Below are positions 29,022-39,574 of a stretch of DNA of 64,000 bases, one piece after another (the first letter of the stretch is position 1; each line of letters begins with the position of its first letter). A program made the position numbers and the translations under genes. Origin of the DNA: Dehalococcoidia bacterium (GTDB lineage Bacteria; Chloroflexota; Dehalococcoidia; UBA2979); the NCBI GenBank assembly GCA_965262725.1, contig OZ253555.1, positions 288,001 through 352,000 on the forward strand, written 5' to 3'. Below the pieces are notes generated by a model. The model worked only from the letters and a program-made list of their open reading frames with translations, did not search any database and was not told the origin of the DNA.

Positions 29022-30729
29022 TCAGTCGGAATTCTCTGCCTGCCCCAGCGGGGGCTCGGTCGGGGCATTCAATATCGCCTTCTTGACCTCATCCGAGAAG
29101 TCCCGTTGTAGGGTCAGGGGCTGGCGCGGTGCGAGCCGTAGGCGGTGGCGCATCAGTTCCAAGCCGGTTTCCCGGTGGTGCCCAACTCCACGGCCATAGC
29201 AGCGTCCGTCTCCAGCCCCTGCCACATCGAACCGGACGTGAGGTTCTCCCTCATCCGGCTCACCGATGCCCTTCACCAGATGGCATGCAGCGCTCCCCAC
29301 AACGTGGGTCGTGCCTTGGCCAGCCGGTACAGCATGTGCGGAGAGCCTCGAACCCTACCAAGTGGTTGCTAGCCCCGAGGGGCACTCACCAGTCCACACC
29401 CCCAGCAACATGCACGGACAAAGTAGGGGTCCTTCCCATCACCGGCGGTTATGTTGTCCGTCCGGCTCCAGCGGTACTACGACCCCCTCCGCCACCCTTC
29501 CGGCTGGCTGTCCACTTCCCGGCTCTGACCGGTTATAGGACGCCTCGCTCCGACGCCCTCTCACAGGGTGCCGGGCCGGGGAGGGCTTCTCCGGTTCCCG
29601 TCGCTACCTTCCGTACGTTCCACGTCCCATACGCCGGGAGGTTTCTTGAGGCTGCATTCCAGGATCTTCACCTCGTCCATGGCCTTCGCCCTGACCACCC
29701 GGGCTCGGCTCCTCCTTGGTCCTGTCAATAGACAGGCGAGTCTCACGGCGCGGCAGACTTCGCGTCATGCTGCGGACCGCACGTTTGCTCCCCCTCATAG
29801 GGCTCTTGACGTCGGGCTTCGACGCAGACCGTTTCCCGTCCACGCCGCCGACCTGCTAACGGGCCTCCTGACAGTTACCCGTGCCGGACTCTCACCGGCT
29901 GGCAGCAACGAGCATGTCTCCGGACCGGTCACGTCATCACGTCACCACCCCTTCGACTTCCGGACGCACGCAGCACCCACTCGAGGTATCCGGGATCCTC
30001 GCTTCTGACGTCCACCAGCGCACGGCCGGCGTACCTCCCGAAGTTCATCAGGACCCTACCGTCGCGCCACACAAGCCTCCCATCGGGGTCGAGCCACGAT
30101 GGGTCGGGGCGTCGCTGGCCCGAGAGACGATCGAGTTCCTTGAGTTCGGTGGGGAGATTTGCGTAACGCTCGAACTGTCCCCACAGCACCTCAACCGAGC
30201 TCATCGCGTCGGCGATCGCGCTGTGCGCAGCTTCGATCTCTCGCCCCGTGTAGAAGTCGACGGCCGCCGCCAGGTCCCTGCGTTCGCGATCGTGAAAGAT
30301 CCTGAGGGCGTCCACGACCCACCGATGGGAGATCGAGAACTCGATCCCCGCCCGGCGGAACTCTGCCTCCAGCAGCGGAATGTCGAAGCGGACGACACCG
30401 AAGCCCGCGAGATCGCAGTCGAGCAGGAACTCGGCCACCGCCGGCGCCGTCTCGGCGAACACTGGCCGCTCGGCAACGAGCTCGTCGGTGATCCCGTGCA
30501 CCGCGCTGGCCCCCGCTGGTATGGGGACGCCGGGATTGACTCTCGTGTGGAGGAGTTCGGTCTCCCCCGACGGGTACAGCTTGATTGCACCGATCTCCAC
30601 GATGCGGTCGCTCAGCGGGTCCGTTCCCGTCGTCTCGAGATCGATGAAGACGAGCGGGCGGAGCAGGCCGAGCCGGCCCGCGAGCTCGCGAGCCTTCGGC
30701 TCTAGCGTGCTGGGCCGCTGCGCGAGCCT
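29022..30729 (-). CDS. DnaQ/DEDDh 3'-5' exonuclease interrupted by a sense ORF-less intron (join ~30729-29970, 29107-29022); start uncertain
   Basis: FIDLETTG, VHGITD, RFDIPLL, AHSAIAD, FGRYAG...DPGYLEWVL|QRDFSDEVK. Confidence 0.85.
29108..29969 (-). mobile_element. ORF-less group II intron, copy 3 (862 nt)
   Basis: Same ends and length as the other copies; flanks rejoin as CTG C|AA CGG. Confidence 0.92.
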
Positions 30730-30778
30730 CCTGGCTCCGTGATCGTCCGACGATACGCTCTCGATGAGGTGCTCCCTA

Positions 30779-33700
30779 TCAGTCGCCCACAACGGTGAAG
30801 CGGCCACTGTCGCTGCGTCCGAAAACCTCTGGGAAATACGACTCCTCGGCGCGGGCGGGCGGGACGATGAACTCTCCGGGCGTCGTCGCGCGGGCGTAGT
30901 ACACGTACTCATGCACGCCGCGCGGAAGCGAGCTGGCCTGCAGCACGAGGCGGTCGTCGCGGATGTCGACGTGCCGCCACGGGCTGTAGTACCAGGCATA
31001 CCAGGGCGCGTAGTCCTCCGGCGCCGATTCCAGGCGGGTCGAGCGGCGGTCGGCCTCCAGCTGCTGGATCAGCTCGGGCGCGACGGTGCGCAGCTTCGGG
31101 TTGATCGGTTCGAGGCCCGACGGCAGGAAGTCCTCGACCAGGACGAACAGGCGGTCGTGCGGAGCCACGATCGTGACCTGGACGCGGACCACATCGCCGA
31201 GACTGGCGCTGGTGACGACCTCGTCGGGCTCGCCCAGCAGCGAGTAGCGGTGGGAGATCGCCAGTCCGCGGTTGAGGGCTTCGATGCCGAGCGCGGGCGT
31301 GACGTAGCGGAGGTTGAGACCGTAGTACATGCGGCCGGGATCAGTGCTGCGCTGGAGCTGGACCCGGCTGACCTCGCCCAGCGGCAGGTCGACGAGCGGG
31401 ATCTCCGTGCCATCCAGGTAGTCGCCGGCCGGCACGTCGAAGGTGCCGTCCAGCACCTCGCGCGTATTGAGCCAGACGGAGTAGTCGTACCGGCCGAGCG
31501 TCTCCCCGGTGAGCTGCGCGTAGGCCCCGAGCGAGGACATGCCCTGTGCACGCGCGACCGTAGTCTTCCACTTGCCCAGCGAGCGCGCATGCACGAGCCA
31601 GCGCACGGTCTCCTCGATCAGCGGGTGCCTGGAATCGACCTCCGTCAGGGCGCGCAGCACGAGGGCGGTGGTGCGGACGCTGCTGTTGTGCATCGAGCCG
31701 GCGCGTCGCTCATCCTCCCAGTGGTTCCCGTTCGCGCTGGCGATGATGTCCGCCGTCAGGTCGTTGAGGAGCTGCCGCACGGGTTCCACGGAGACATCGT
31801 GCCCGGTGGCGAGCAGCCCGAGCAGCAGGTAGGCGCGGCCCCAGTTGGTGAGGCGCGAGCGCTCCTGCTCCACGGTGGATCGCATCGCGGGGGCGTGCAC
31901 GTAGGGGACGAATCCGCTCTGACCCCAGGCTGCTGTCAGCGCGTACAAGAGGAACGCGTTCTGGTTGGGGTCGACCGGGGAGATCACATCCGCCCGGCGA
32001 TGGACGTGACGCGAGATGAGATCTGATGCGTCCTCGGCCACCCCCTGAGAGACGCGGGCGCCGGCATCCTCCGCCTCGGAGAGCGCGATCAGGACCCAGG
32101 CCGTGATCCAGAGATCGGTCCGGCAGTCTGCGCACCACGCCCAGCCTCCGTCGTACCTCTGCCAGCTGATCAACTTGGCGACATCGGCGTGGAGCTGGTT
32201 CGTCTGCCCTGGATCCAGGTCGCCGCCCTGCGAGCGCTTCACCGCGACGGTTGCGATCACGCGGCTCGCGACGCGCTCACTCCGCTCGTAGCGACGCGGC
32301 GCGAAGCGATGCAGTTCGTCGGCAAGTGTCCCGACGAGCGAGCCCTGCACCGAGATCTCGAGCTCCCCCTGCTCCCGGATCGCGTAGTCCGGCAGGTAGA
32401 CCGCCTCGACCGCGAGCGCGCCATCGATCACCCCTCCCGTGGCGGTGGTCTCCGCGGTGACGTTGAGGTGCACCGGCAGGGCGATCTCGACGGCATCGCC
32501 GAGGCCGCCTGCTGCCGAGGCATCGAAGCGGACCTGCGCCGTGCCCTCAGCGACCGCGCGGGCCGGCCACTCGACGACCTCCGAGCGATCCGGCTGGATG
32601 CGCACGATGCGGGCGACCGAGCCGTCCAGCGTGAGGCCGTCGGCCCGGACGGTGACGGTCACGTCGCGGGCGGATGTCGTCCCGTTTCGCACGAGCGCGC
32701 GCAGTGTCACCTCGTCGCCAACGCGGAGGAAGCGAGGGAGCGCGGGGCGTACGAGCAATGGGAGCGTCACCAGCAGCTCACTCGTTGCCTCGCCCACCTG
32801 CGTCGTCCCGCTGACGGCGCGCGCCTGGGCGCGCCAGGTCGTCGCGTTGTCGGGCAGTTTCAGCTCGAAGCTGGCCCTGCCGTTCTCGTCCGTCTCGAGC
32901 TGGCCCTCCCACAGCGCGGTGTTGCGGAAGTCCTGTCGCAGCCGCGAGGTGTCTCCGCCCCCTCCCTTGCCGCTCGCATCCTCGGGAACCTTCAGGATGT
33001 CGTTGTGGCGGTCGATCGAGACACCGAGAGAGGAGGAGGTCGCGACCCCCAGCGCCCGCTGGAACCAGAACGCGCGCATCCCGTCGGGCCCCACCTCCTC
33101 GGCCAGCGAGAGCACCGCCTGGTCGGCGATGGCCACCGACACCTCCGCGGCCACGCCGCGCCCCTTCCAGTCCGTGACCGTGACCTCGTAGCGGACGGTC
33201 TCGCCGGGCGCCGCGCGCTCGCGGTCGGGCTCGATACGCACGTCGAGGCGACGCGGAGCCGTGGAGACCGGCAACTCGACGTAGCCGATGTGGTAGCGCG
33301 GAACCGGATCGTCTCCCGTCGGCGCGCGGTAGAGCACGACGCTGACGTAGATGTTCGGGAGATGGCGATCCTCGATCGGGATACGCAGCACCTCACTGTT
33401 GGTCTCGAACCGGCGGACCTCGGTGCTCAGGATGCCGCCGCGCTCGATGGTGACGAGACCGACGGCGCCGGCGAAGGGTGCGGGCACGAGCACCTCGGCG
33501 ACGTCGCCCACCTCGTACTCGTCCCGGTCGGGGATGAGCTCGATCAGGTCGTCGTTGCGCACCCGCCAGGGTGCGTGGCTGTGGCCGCTCACCCAGAGGT
33601 AGGTGGCGGAGCGCGCCACGCGGCCCTCGTTGTCGACCGACTCCGCCACCAGGCGGTACGAGCCGGACGACGGCGGCGTGAATTGAATCGACGCCTCGGC

Positions 33701-36700
33701 GGCGGCGGCGGTCGTCGCGGACTGCACGTCGATCTCGGTCTCGACCAGCTCGCTCTGGTAGTAGCGGCCGCCACCCGTGGCACCGACCTTCGTGGTCACC
33801 CACCGGCGCTCGTATGCGCGCACCGTGACGGGCCGGCGGGGCGCGATCACCCCCTCGACATCGACGGTGACGAGCCGCACCACCTCGGGTTCGCCGGCCG
33901 CGGCGATGTAGGAGTCCGTGCGAATGCCGGCGTACCACGACGCGGGGTGGACCGTGACGGCGGTGCTGCCGGCCACCGCCTGAGCGCTCTCGTCGCGCAC
34001 CGTGGCACTGAGGGTGAAGAGCTGCGTTCCCTCTCCCGCCATGAGCGCGGCCGTCACCTCGTACGAGGCCCGGCCGCCGGGGCCTGCCTCGGTGCTGCCC
34101 TGCGCGCGCAGCGGCGAACCGTCGGGAGCCGAGTAGTAGCGGTAGTGGGAGAACGAGTAGTCCTCGTAGCCCTCGACGCGGATCCGCGTCGGCGAGGCCA
34201 GAACGGCCCAGTCGACGGTTGCTCCCTCGACGCCACCACCGAAATAGAACTCGGCCGTCGTCTCGACAGGGATCTGCTCACCGTCGATGTAGTGCTCCTC
34301 CGGCGTCTCAACACGGACGCGGAACTCGGGCACGCGGAACTGCTCGACCGTGAAGGTCGTCGACGTGATCTGGCCGGGAGCCGGTCCCAGGTACCGACGT
34401 CCCTCGCTGCCGTACAGGCGGATCGAGTACGTACCGGTGGCCCCTCCCTCCGGGATCACGAACTCGCCCTCGAGCGTGCCGAACTCGTTGACGACCGTGG
34501 TAGTGCTCGACAGTTCCCTGAACTTCGAGTCGGTGACGACGATGGTGAAGGTCTCGCTCGGTCGGGGCAGTGAGTACGTCGCGTCGTCGTCGCGGCGGAC
34601 GACCGCCTTGTACGAGACGGTCTCACCGGTCCGGTAAATCGGCCTTTCGGTGTAGACGTGGGCGAGCAGGTCGAACGTCGACGACGAGAACGGCACAGTG
34701 AGCTTCCACGGCTCGCTGCCCTGCTGCCATTTCGTCGAGGCCACGCCGAAGCGCCCGTCGTCGTCGAGACGCAGGAGGTAGCGGCCCCACCTCGCGTTCG
34801 GGATGTGGAGGTCGGCGAGCCCGTCGGCGTCCGTCAGGGTCGTCCCCTGCAGGTACCGGGTCCCGGCGTACGAGGCGTGCTCGACGTCAATACCGTCGAG
34901 CGGCTCGCCGGTGTCGTAGTCGAGAACCCACGCGATCACCTGGTCATGCGACTGCTTGGTGATGATCGCCGTGTCGACGACGCTGAACATCAGCGCCTTG
35001 CGGCGTGAGCCGAGGTTGGAGTCCGCGAAGACGACGTAGCTGCCCTTCGGCAGTGGCGCGCCGTCCGCGAGAGAGGTGGAGTAGAGCCGGCCCACGTAGC
35101 GGTCCTCCTCACTCGTCTGGACGGTCCACTCACGAAGGCGAGTCTGCGAAGGCAGGAAGGGGTTCCAGACTCTCCTCTTCCGATCGGTGTTCTCGATCTG
35201 GACCGAGCGCCAGATGTCGATGTACTCGCGGGCCAGCAGCATGCGGGCCTCGCCGTCGGTGAGCGGATACAGCTGGAAGTGCACCGTCGGGGCGTTCACC
35301 GCGCGGAAGAAGAGCTCCGGCTCGGTGGTCGCCGAGTACGTCGCGAACCAGCTGGGGATGGAGAGATCCATCGACCGTCCGGGCAGACGGGGCGGCGCCG
35401 GGGCCCGGGTGGTGAACGGGAGCTCGTACGGCGGCAGCGGCGCTCCGCCTCGATCCCGGATGCCCCCCGCGATGGTGACCGTGTACTGAGTCGAGTGCTC
35501 GAGCGGAGCGTCGATGACCACCCGGTCGTAGTACGCCCACACGCTGACGTCGTCGGGGTCGACACCGCTGACCGAGATCCGGCCCTCGACGGAGGAGGGG
35601 TCCAGCGGGTTGTTGTACGTGAACGCGATGTTCCGCCACGGCAACGCCGTCTGGGAGCCGTGGCGGGGCTCGGTGCGGATGAGGCGCGGCCAGTCGAGCG
35701 TGGTGAACGTCGCGATGCGCTCAGCGGGCGTCGCCACGCCTGTGGCGCCGAGCATGCCGGCGCGCGCGATCACAGTGTACCGGGAGCTGCGCAGCAAGGG
35801 CCTGAGCGGCGTGAGCGTGACGACGGTGCCGCCGTCGCTCCAGGTGAGGGCGACCGGTACGTCTCGATCATCCGGGCCCGCGTACAGGCCCCGGATGATC
35901 TCGGCCTCCCGCCCGGTCGGGCCCAGGTTCGTGATGCGGAACCGAAGACCCCGCTCCACCGACGCTCGGTCCATCGGCTGGTTGAAGGTGACCACGATGG
36001 CGCGGTCCGGCTCCACGAACTTCGAGTTGTGGGCGGGGGAGATACCATCCACCCGCGGCAGGGTGGTGGTGAAGCGCCACGCGACGTCCTCCTCCAGCAC
36101 CCCGTCCGCTGCCGACGTCAGCCCCGCCGGGATGCGCACTTGGTACTCGGTGCTGGGGCGCAGATCGCTCGGGGTGAAGCGGTACAGCGAGGTGTTGAGC
36201 CACTCGCCCTCGCCGTCGAGCGGCGGGTCGAACTCGAGCACCGTCGGGCCGGGCCCTTCCTGCAACACCGTGAGCGGGGCCACCGCGCGGTTGAACTGGA
36301 CGAGGATCTGCGCGTTCGAGGGCACCCCGCGGTCGCCGTCCCCGGGGATCATGTAGACCACCTCGAGCTGGCCCTCGACGGTGAAGGCCTGCTCGTAGTC
36401 CTGGTCGAGTCCGGCGGCGGCGCCGTCCACGAGCACGCGGTAACGACCGCCCCGTCCCCAGCCGGGGAACTCGGGCTGAAACAGCAGGGTCCGCTCGTCG
36501 GCCCACACGAAAGAGCCCGCGATAGGTGGCTCGACCGCGACGAGCTGGCTGGCGTCTGTTGTCGGCGGGGGCTCCCGGAACACGATCTGTGCAAACGCGA
36601 GCCGGGGCACCTCCTCCCCGGCTGGCGTGACCGTGACGGGCGGTGGTGGTGGGGCGGGCGTCGGCGTGGCGGGAGTTACGGTCGGCGTGGTGGGAGTCGC

Positions 36701-36910
36701 GGTCGGCGTGGCGGGAGTTACGGTCGGCGTGGCGGCCGGCGTCGGGGGAGTGGTGCTCTGCGGCTCGGCGGTCGGCGCGATGACTCTCTCGACGTTGCCG
36801 TCACCGCCTGGGCGAGCCAGTACGACCGCGACCACGATCACGGGCGCCAGGATGATGGCCAGCCAGAGCCACGGTGGCCCGCGCTGCCAGCCCGCGCCCG
36901 CGTTGCTCAT
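30779..36910 (-). CDS. Bacterial alpha-2-macroglobulin-family protein with Ig-like domains (2043 aa)
   Basis: YTERPIYRTGETV, FRVPEF, RQDFRNTALW, LPDNATTWR, Q.YDGGW, EDFLPSGLEP, ARATTPGEF.VPPARAEESYFPEVFGRS; no thioester CxEQ seen. Confidence 0.92.
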   Translation of the reverse strand: MSNAGAGWQRGPPWLWLAIILAPVIVVAVVLARPGGDGNVERVIAPTAEPQSTTPPTPAATPTVTPATPTATPTTPTVTPATPTPAPPPPPVTVTPAGEEVPRLAFAQIVFREPPPTTDASQLVAVEPPIAGSFVWADERTLLFQPEFPGWGRGGRYRVLVDGAAAGLDQDYEQAFTVEGQLEVVYMIPGDGDRGVPSNAQILVQFNRAVAPLTVLQEGPGPTVLEFDPPLDGEGEWLNTSLYRFTPSDLRPSTEYQVRIPAGLTSAADGVLEEDVAWRFTTTLPRVDGISPAHNSKFVEPDRAIVVTFNQPMDRASVERGLRFRITNLGPTGREAEIIRGLYAGPDDRDVPVALTWSDGGTVVTLTPLRPLLRSSRYTVIARAGMLGATGVATPAERIATFTTLDWPRLIRTEPRHGSQTALPWRNIAFTYNNPLDPSSVEGRISVSGVDPDDVSVWAYYDRVVIDAPLEHSTQYTVTIAGGIRDRGGAPLPPYELPFTTRAPAPPRLPGRSMDLSIPSWFATYSATTEPELFFRAVNAPTVHFQLYPLTDGEARMLLAREYIDIWRSVQIENTDRKRRVWNPFLPSQTRLREWTVQTSEEDRYVGRLYSTSLADGAPLPKGSYVVFADSNLGSRRKALMFSVVDTAIITKQSHDQVIAWVLDYDTGEPLDGIDVEHASYAGTRYLQGTTLTDADGLADLHIPNARWGRYLLRLDDDGRFGVASTKWQQGSEPWKLTVPFSSSTFDLLAHVYTERPIYRTGETVSYKAVVRRDDDATYSLPRPSETFTIVVTDSKFRELSSTTTVVNEFGTLEGEFVIPEGGATGTYSIRLYGSEGRRYLGPAPGQITSTTFTVEQFRVPEFRVRVETPEEHYIDGEQIPVETTAEFYFGGGVEGATVDWAVLASPTRIRVEGYEDYSFSHYRYYSAPDGSPLRAQGSTEAGPGGRASYEVTAALMAGEGTQLFTLSATVRDESAQAVAGSTAVTVHPASWYAGIRTDSYIAAAGEPEVVRLVTVDVEGVIAPRRPVTVRAYERRWVTTKVGATGGGRYYQSELVETEIDVQSATTAAAAEASIQFTPPSSGSYRLVAESVDNEGRVARSATYLWVSGHSHAPWRVRNDDLIELIPDRDEYEVGDVAEVLVPAPFAGAVGLVTIERGGILSTEVRRFETNSEVLRIPIEDRHLPNIYVSVVLYRAPTGDDPVPRYHIGYVELPVSTAPRRLDVRIEPDRERAAPGETVRYEVTVTDWKGRGVAAEVSVAIADQAVLSLAEEVGPDGMRAFWFQRALGVATSSSLGVSIDRHNDILKVPEDASGKGGGGDTSRLRQDFRNTALWEGQLETDENGRASFELKLPDNATTWRAQARAVSGTTQVGEATSELLVTLPLLVRPALPRFLRVGDEVTLRALVRNGTTSARDVTVTVRADGLTLDGSVARIVRIQPDRSEVVEWPARAVAEGTAQVRFDASAAGGLGDAVEIALPVHLNVTAETTATGGVIDGALAVEAVYLPDYAIREQGELEISVQGSLVGTLADELHRFAPRRYERSERVASRVIATVAVKRSQGGDLDPGQTNQLHADVAKLISWQRYDGGWAWCADCRTDLWITAWVLIALSEAEDAGARVSQGVAEDASDLISRHVHRRADVISPVDPNQNAFLLYALTAAWGQSGFVPYVHAPAMRSTVEQERSRLTNWGRAYLLLGLLATGHDVSVEPVRQLLNDLTADIIASANGNHWEDERRAGSMHNSSVRTTALVLRALTEVDSRHPLIEETVRWLVHARSLGKWKTTVARAQGMSSLGAYAQLTGETLGRYDYSVWLNTREVLDGTFDVPAGDYLDGTEIPLVDLPLGEVSRVQLQRSTDPGRMYYGLNLRYVTPALGIEALNRGLAISHRYSLLGEPDEVVTSASLGDVVRVQVTIVAPHDRLFVLVEDFLPSGLEPINPKLRTVAPELIQQLEADRRSTRLESAPEDYAPWYAWYYSPWRHVDIRDDRLVLQASSLPRGVHEYVYYARATTPGEFIVPPARAEESYFPEVFGRSDSGRFTVVGD

Positions 36911-39284
36911 GGTCCCCGCACCTCATAGCGAGAACTCGCCGACGCGGTCGCGCCGTCAGCGAAGGTCGCCACTACCTCGAGCGTGTGCGCGCCGACGGTC
37001 ATCGGCCACACGACGTAGGCGTCGGTGCCCTGAGCGCTGCCAACAGGCACGCCGTCGACGCGGAACTCGATGCGCTCGACCCCGGCGGGCGTCGCGGCAC
37101 GGAGCAGCGTCTCCTGGCGGCGGAGTTCCGGGGCAATGTACAGCACCGCCCCTTCCGGTGGTCGCACGATCGCCACCCGCGTCGCCGATTCACGCCCGGA
37201 ATCTCCGGCGAGCCGGACGCCGCGGCGCGCCGCCCAGGGCCGCGCCTCCACGGGCGGATTGATGGCGAGCGCGCCGTCGGATCCCCGGACGTAGTACTCC
37301 TCGGTCTCCGTGGGCTCCGTCCCGGCCAGGAACCACTCGCTGACGGGTGAGGGGCAGTGCGGGCCGGGCAGCAGGCCCGTCGGCGCGCAGACGGCGGCGG
37401 TCACCACCGTCGGCGGTACGTCGAACGCGCGCACCGGACGGTCCGCCGCCACCGCCTCGATCACGTCGCGCCAGATCGGGGCGGCGCCGACGACGCCGGT
37501 GAGCCCCCGCATCGGCTCGGAGCGGGCGTTCCCAACCCACACCCCCACCACCCGGTCGGGCGTGAAGCCGACGGTCCAGTTGTCGCGGAACTCGAAGGTC
37601 GTGCCGGTCTTCACCGCGGCGGGGAACGGCGTCTCCAGCACGGAGCCGGCGCCGAATCCCGGCTCGCGCGCGATCGGGTCGCTGAGGATGTCCGCCAGCA
37701 GGAAGGCGTGCTCGGGGGACATCACGAGTCCCTGTTCAGGCGCCTCACGCTCGTACAGCACGTCGCGTGTCGCCTCGTCCCGCACCCTCTCGATCGCGTA
37801 CGGCTCGGCCAGCAGCCCACCATTCGCGATCGCGCCGTACGCGGCCGTGAGACCGAGCAGCGTCACCTCGGCCGAGCCGAGTGCGAGCGAGAGTCCATAC
37901 GGCTCCGGTGAGGCGATCTCACGCAACCCGGCGCGGTTCGCGCTGCGGACCAGCGCTCCCACCCCGATCTCGTCGAGCGTGCGGACGGCCGGCACGTTGA
38001 GCGAGGACGCAAGCGCGGTCCGGAGCGCCACCGGGCCGCGGTAGCGGTGGTCGGCGTTCTCCGGCGTATAGACGCCGATGGGGGTCTCGAAGCTGGACGG
38101 GACGTCGAGCAGCATCGACGCGGCCGTGTAGCCCTGCTCGAGGGCCGCCGCGTACAGGAGCGGCTTCATCGCCGAGCCGGGCTGGCGGGGTGCCAGCGTC
38201 ATGTTGACCTGCCCCGCCTCCGCCTCGTCGAAGTCGGAGCTGCCGACCAGCGCGAGCAGCGCACCGCTCGCCGGGTCGATCACGACCACTGCCCCGTTCC
38301 CCGCCCCCCACGCGGCGATGCGCTCGAGGCGGACCACAAGCGAACGCGTCGCTGCACGCTGCAGCGTGGCGTCGAGAGTCGTCTCGATGACGAGTCCGGG
38401 CCGGTCGACGAGATCCGGCCGAAGCGACGCCAGCTCACCGAGCACCATCGTGGCGAAATGCGGAGCGAGCGGGGCGTCCGCCTCGCCCGCGAAGCCGAGC
38501 GGGTAACCGGACGCCTCCGCAGCCTGCGCCGCCGTGATCACGCCCGTCGCGGCAAGGCGATCGAGCACGTAGCGCTGCCGGGAGAGCGCGCCCGCCGGGG
38601 CCTGCTCGTCGCCGTACAGCGCCGGCGACTGCGGCAGCCCCGCGAGGTAGCTCGCCTGCGCCAGATCGAGGTGGCGCGCGCTGACACCGAAGTAGCGCCT
38701 CGCCGCGGCCTCGATGCCGTACGCGCCCCGGCCGTAGTAGACGTGGTTGAGATACGTCTCTAACAGCTCGCGCTTCGGGAGGCGGGCTTCGAGTTGCAGC
38801 GCGATCAGCGCCTCGCGGGCCTTGCGCAGCAGCGCCGGCGCGTCGTCGTCGGGCAGGTACAGGCGCCGCGCGAGCTGTTGGGTGAGCGTCGACGCGCCGC
38901 GGGGCTGGCCCTGCCTCGCCAGAGCGTCGGTGAGTGCGCGCGCAACCGCGAACGGATCCACTCCAGGGTGACGCCAGAACCGCTGGTCCTCGGCGGCGAC
39001 GGTGGCCGACACGACTATGGGCGCGATGTCGTCGAGGGAGACCGGGATGCGGGTGCCCTCGGACGAGTCACGGAGCAGAGGCACGCCATAGCGGTCGACG
39101 AGGAGCGTTCCGGCCGCCGGGGCCTGCTCGTCGAGGGGCGTCAGTGGCGCGAGATAGGCGTAGGCCAGCAGGGCTCCCGCCACACCGAGGAGCGCCGCCA
39201 GGGCGAGAGCGCCGCTCGCGCTGCTGCCGCGCGTCGACTGCGGCGCAGAAAGAACGTGAGCGGACCGCGGTGTGTGCGGGCCAT
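36907..39284 (-). CDS. pbpC: Penicillin-binding protein 1C; possible frameshift near 39208 between ATG 39284 and the main ORF
   Basis: AEDQRF, GASTLTQQLAR, RKAREA, PGSAMKP, SLN, KTGT; adjacent to alpha-2-macroglobulin. Confidence 0.88.
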
Positions 39285-39311
39285 ATCGCCACTGTAGTCC
39301 GTCTCACTGAC

Positions 39312-39355
39312 TCCCAAGCAGAGGGTCGCGGGTTCGAATCCCGTCTCCCGCTCCA
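39312..39355 (+). tRNA. 3' half of tRNA-Gly(CCC) only; att-site-like remnant
   Basis: TCCCAAGCAGAGGGTCGCGGGTTCGAATCCCGTCTCCCGCTCCA (anticodon loop, T-arm, acceptor 3' strand, CCA); no GCGGGAG 5' strand or D-arm upstream. Confidence 0.8.
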
Positions 39356-39490
39356 GATCTCTCGCCATCGCGGCGTGAGAGCCCGTTCTTAGGTTCAAAA
39401 TCTCCCATTTCGCCCCCTGACCGGCGGCGGGTGAGCCATCGCCGTCGGGCGGTTCGCTGCTCCCGCGACCCTCTGCCTCGTCGGGCCGCA

Positions 39491-39541
39491 GATCACGCTC
39501 AGGTCACGTCCACTTCACGCACGGATCACGGTGCGGTCACG
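39491..39541 (+). repeat. Five TCACG direct repeats at exact 11-bp spacing upstream of the integrase
   Basis: TCACG at 39493, 39504, 39515, 39526, 39537. Confidence 0.8.
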
Positions 39542-39574
39542 AGATTTTGACCGCCCGGGACCGGAGGGGAGAGG

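Noticed and set aside
36640-36750. Repeats such as ACGGTCGGCGTGGCGGGAGTT
   Set aside because: They encode the Pro/Thr linker of the alpha-2-macroglobulin.
30764-36928. Long plus-strand ORFs (420, 794, 549 aa) and similar ones opposite other genes
   Set aside because: Antisense shadows of real high-GC genes; no motifs.
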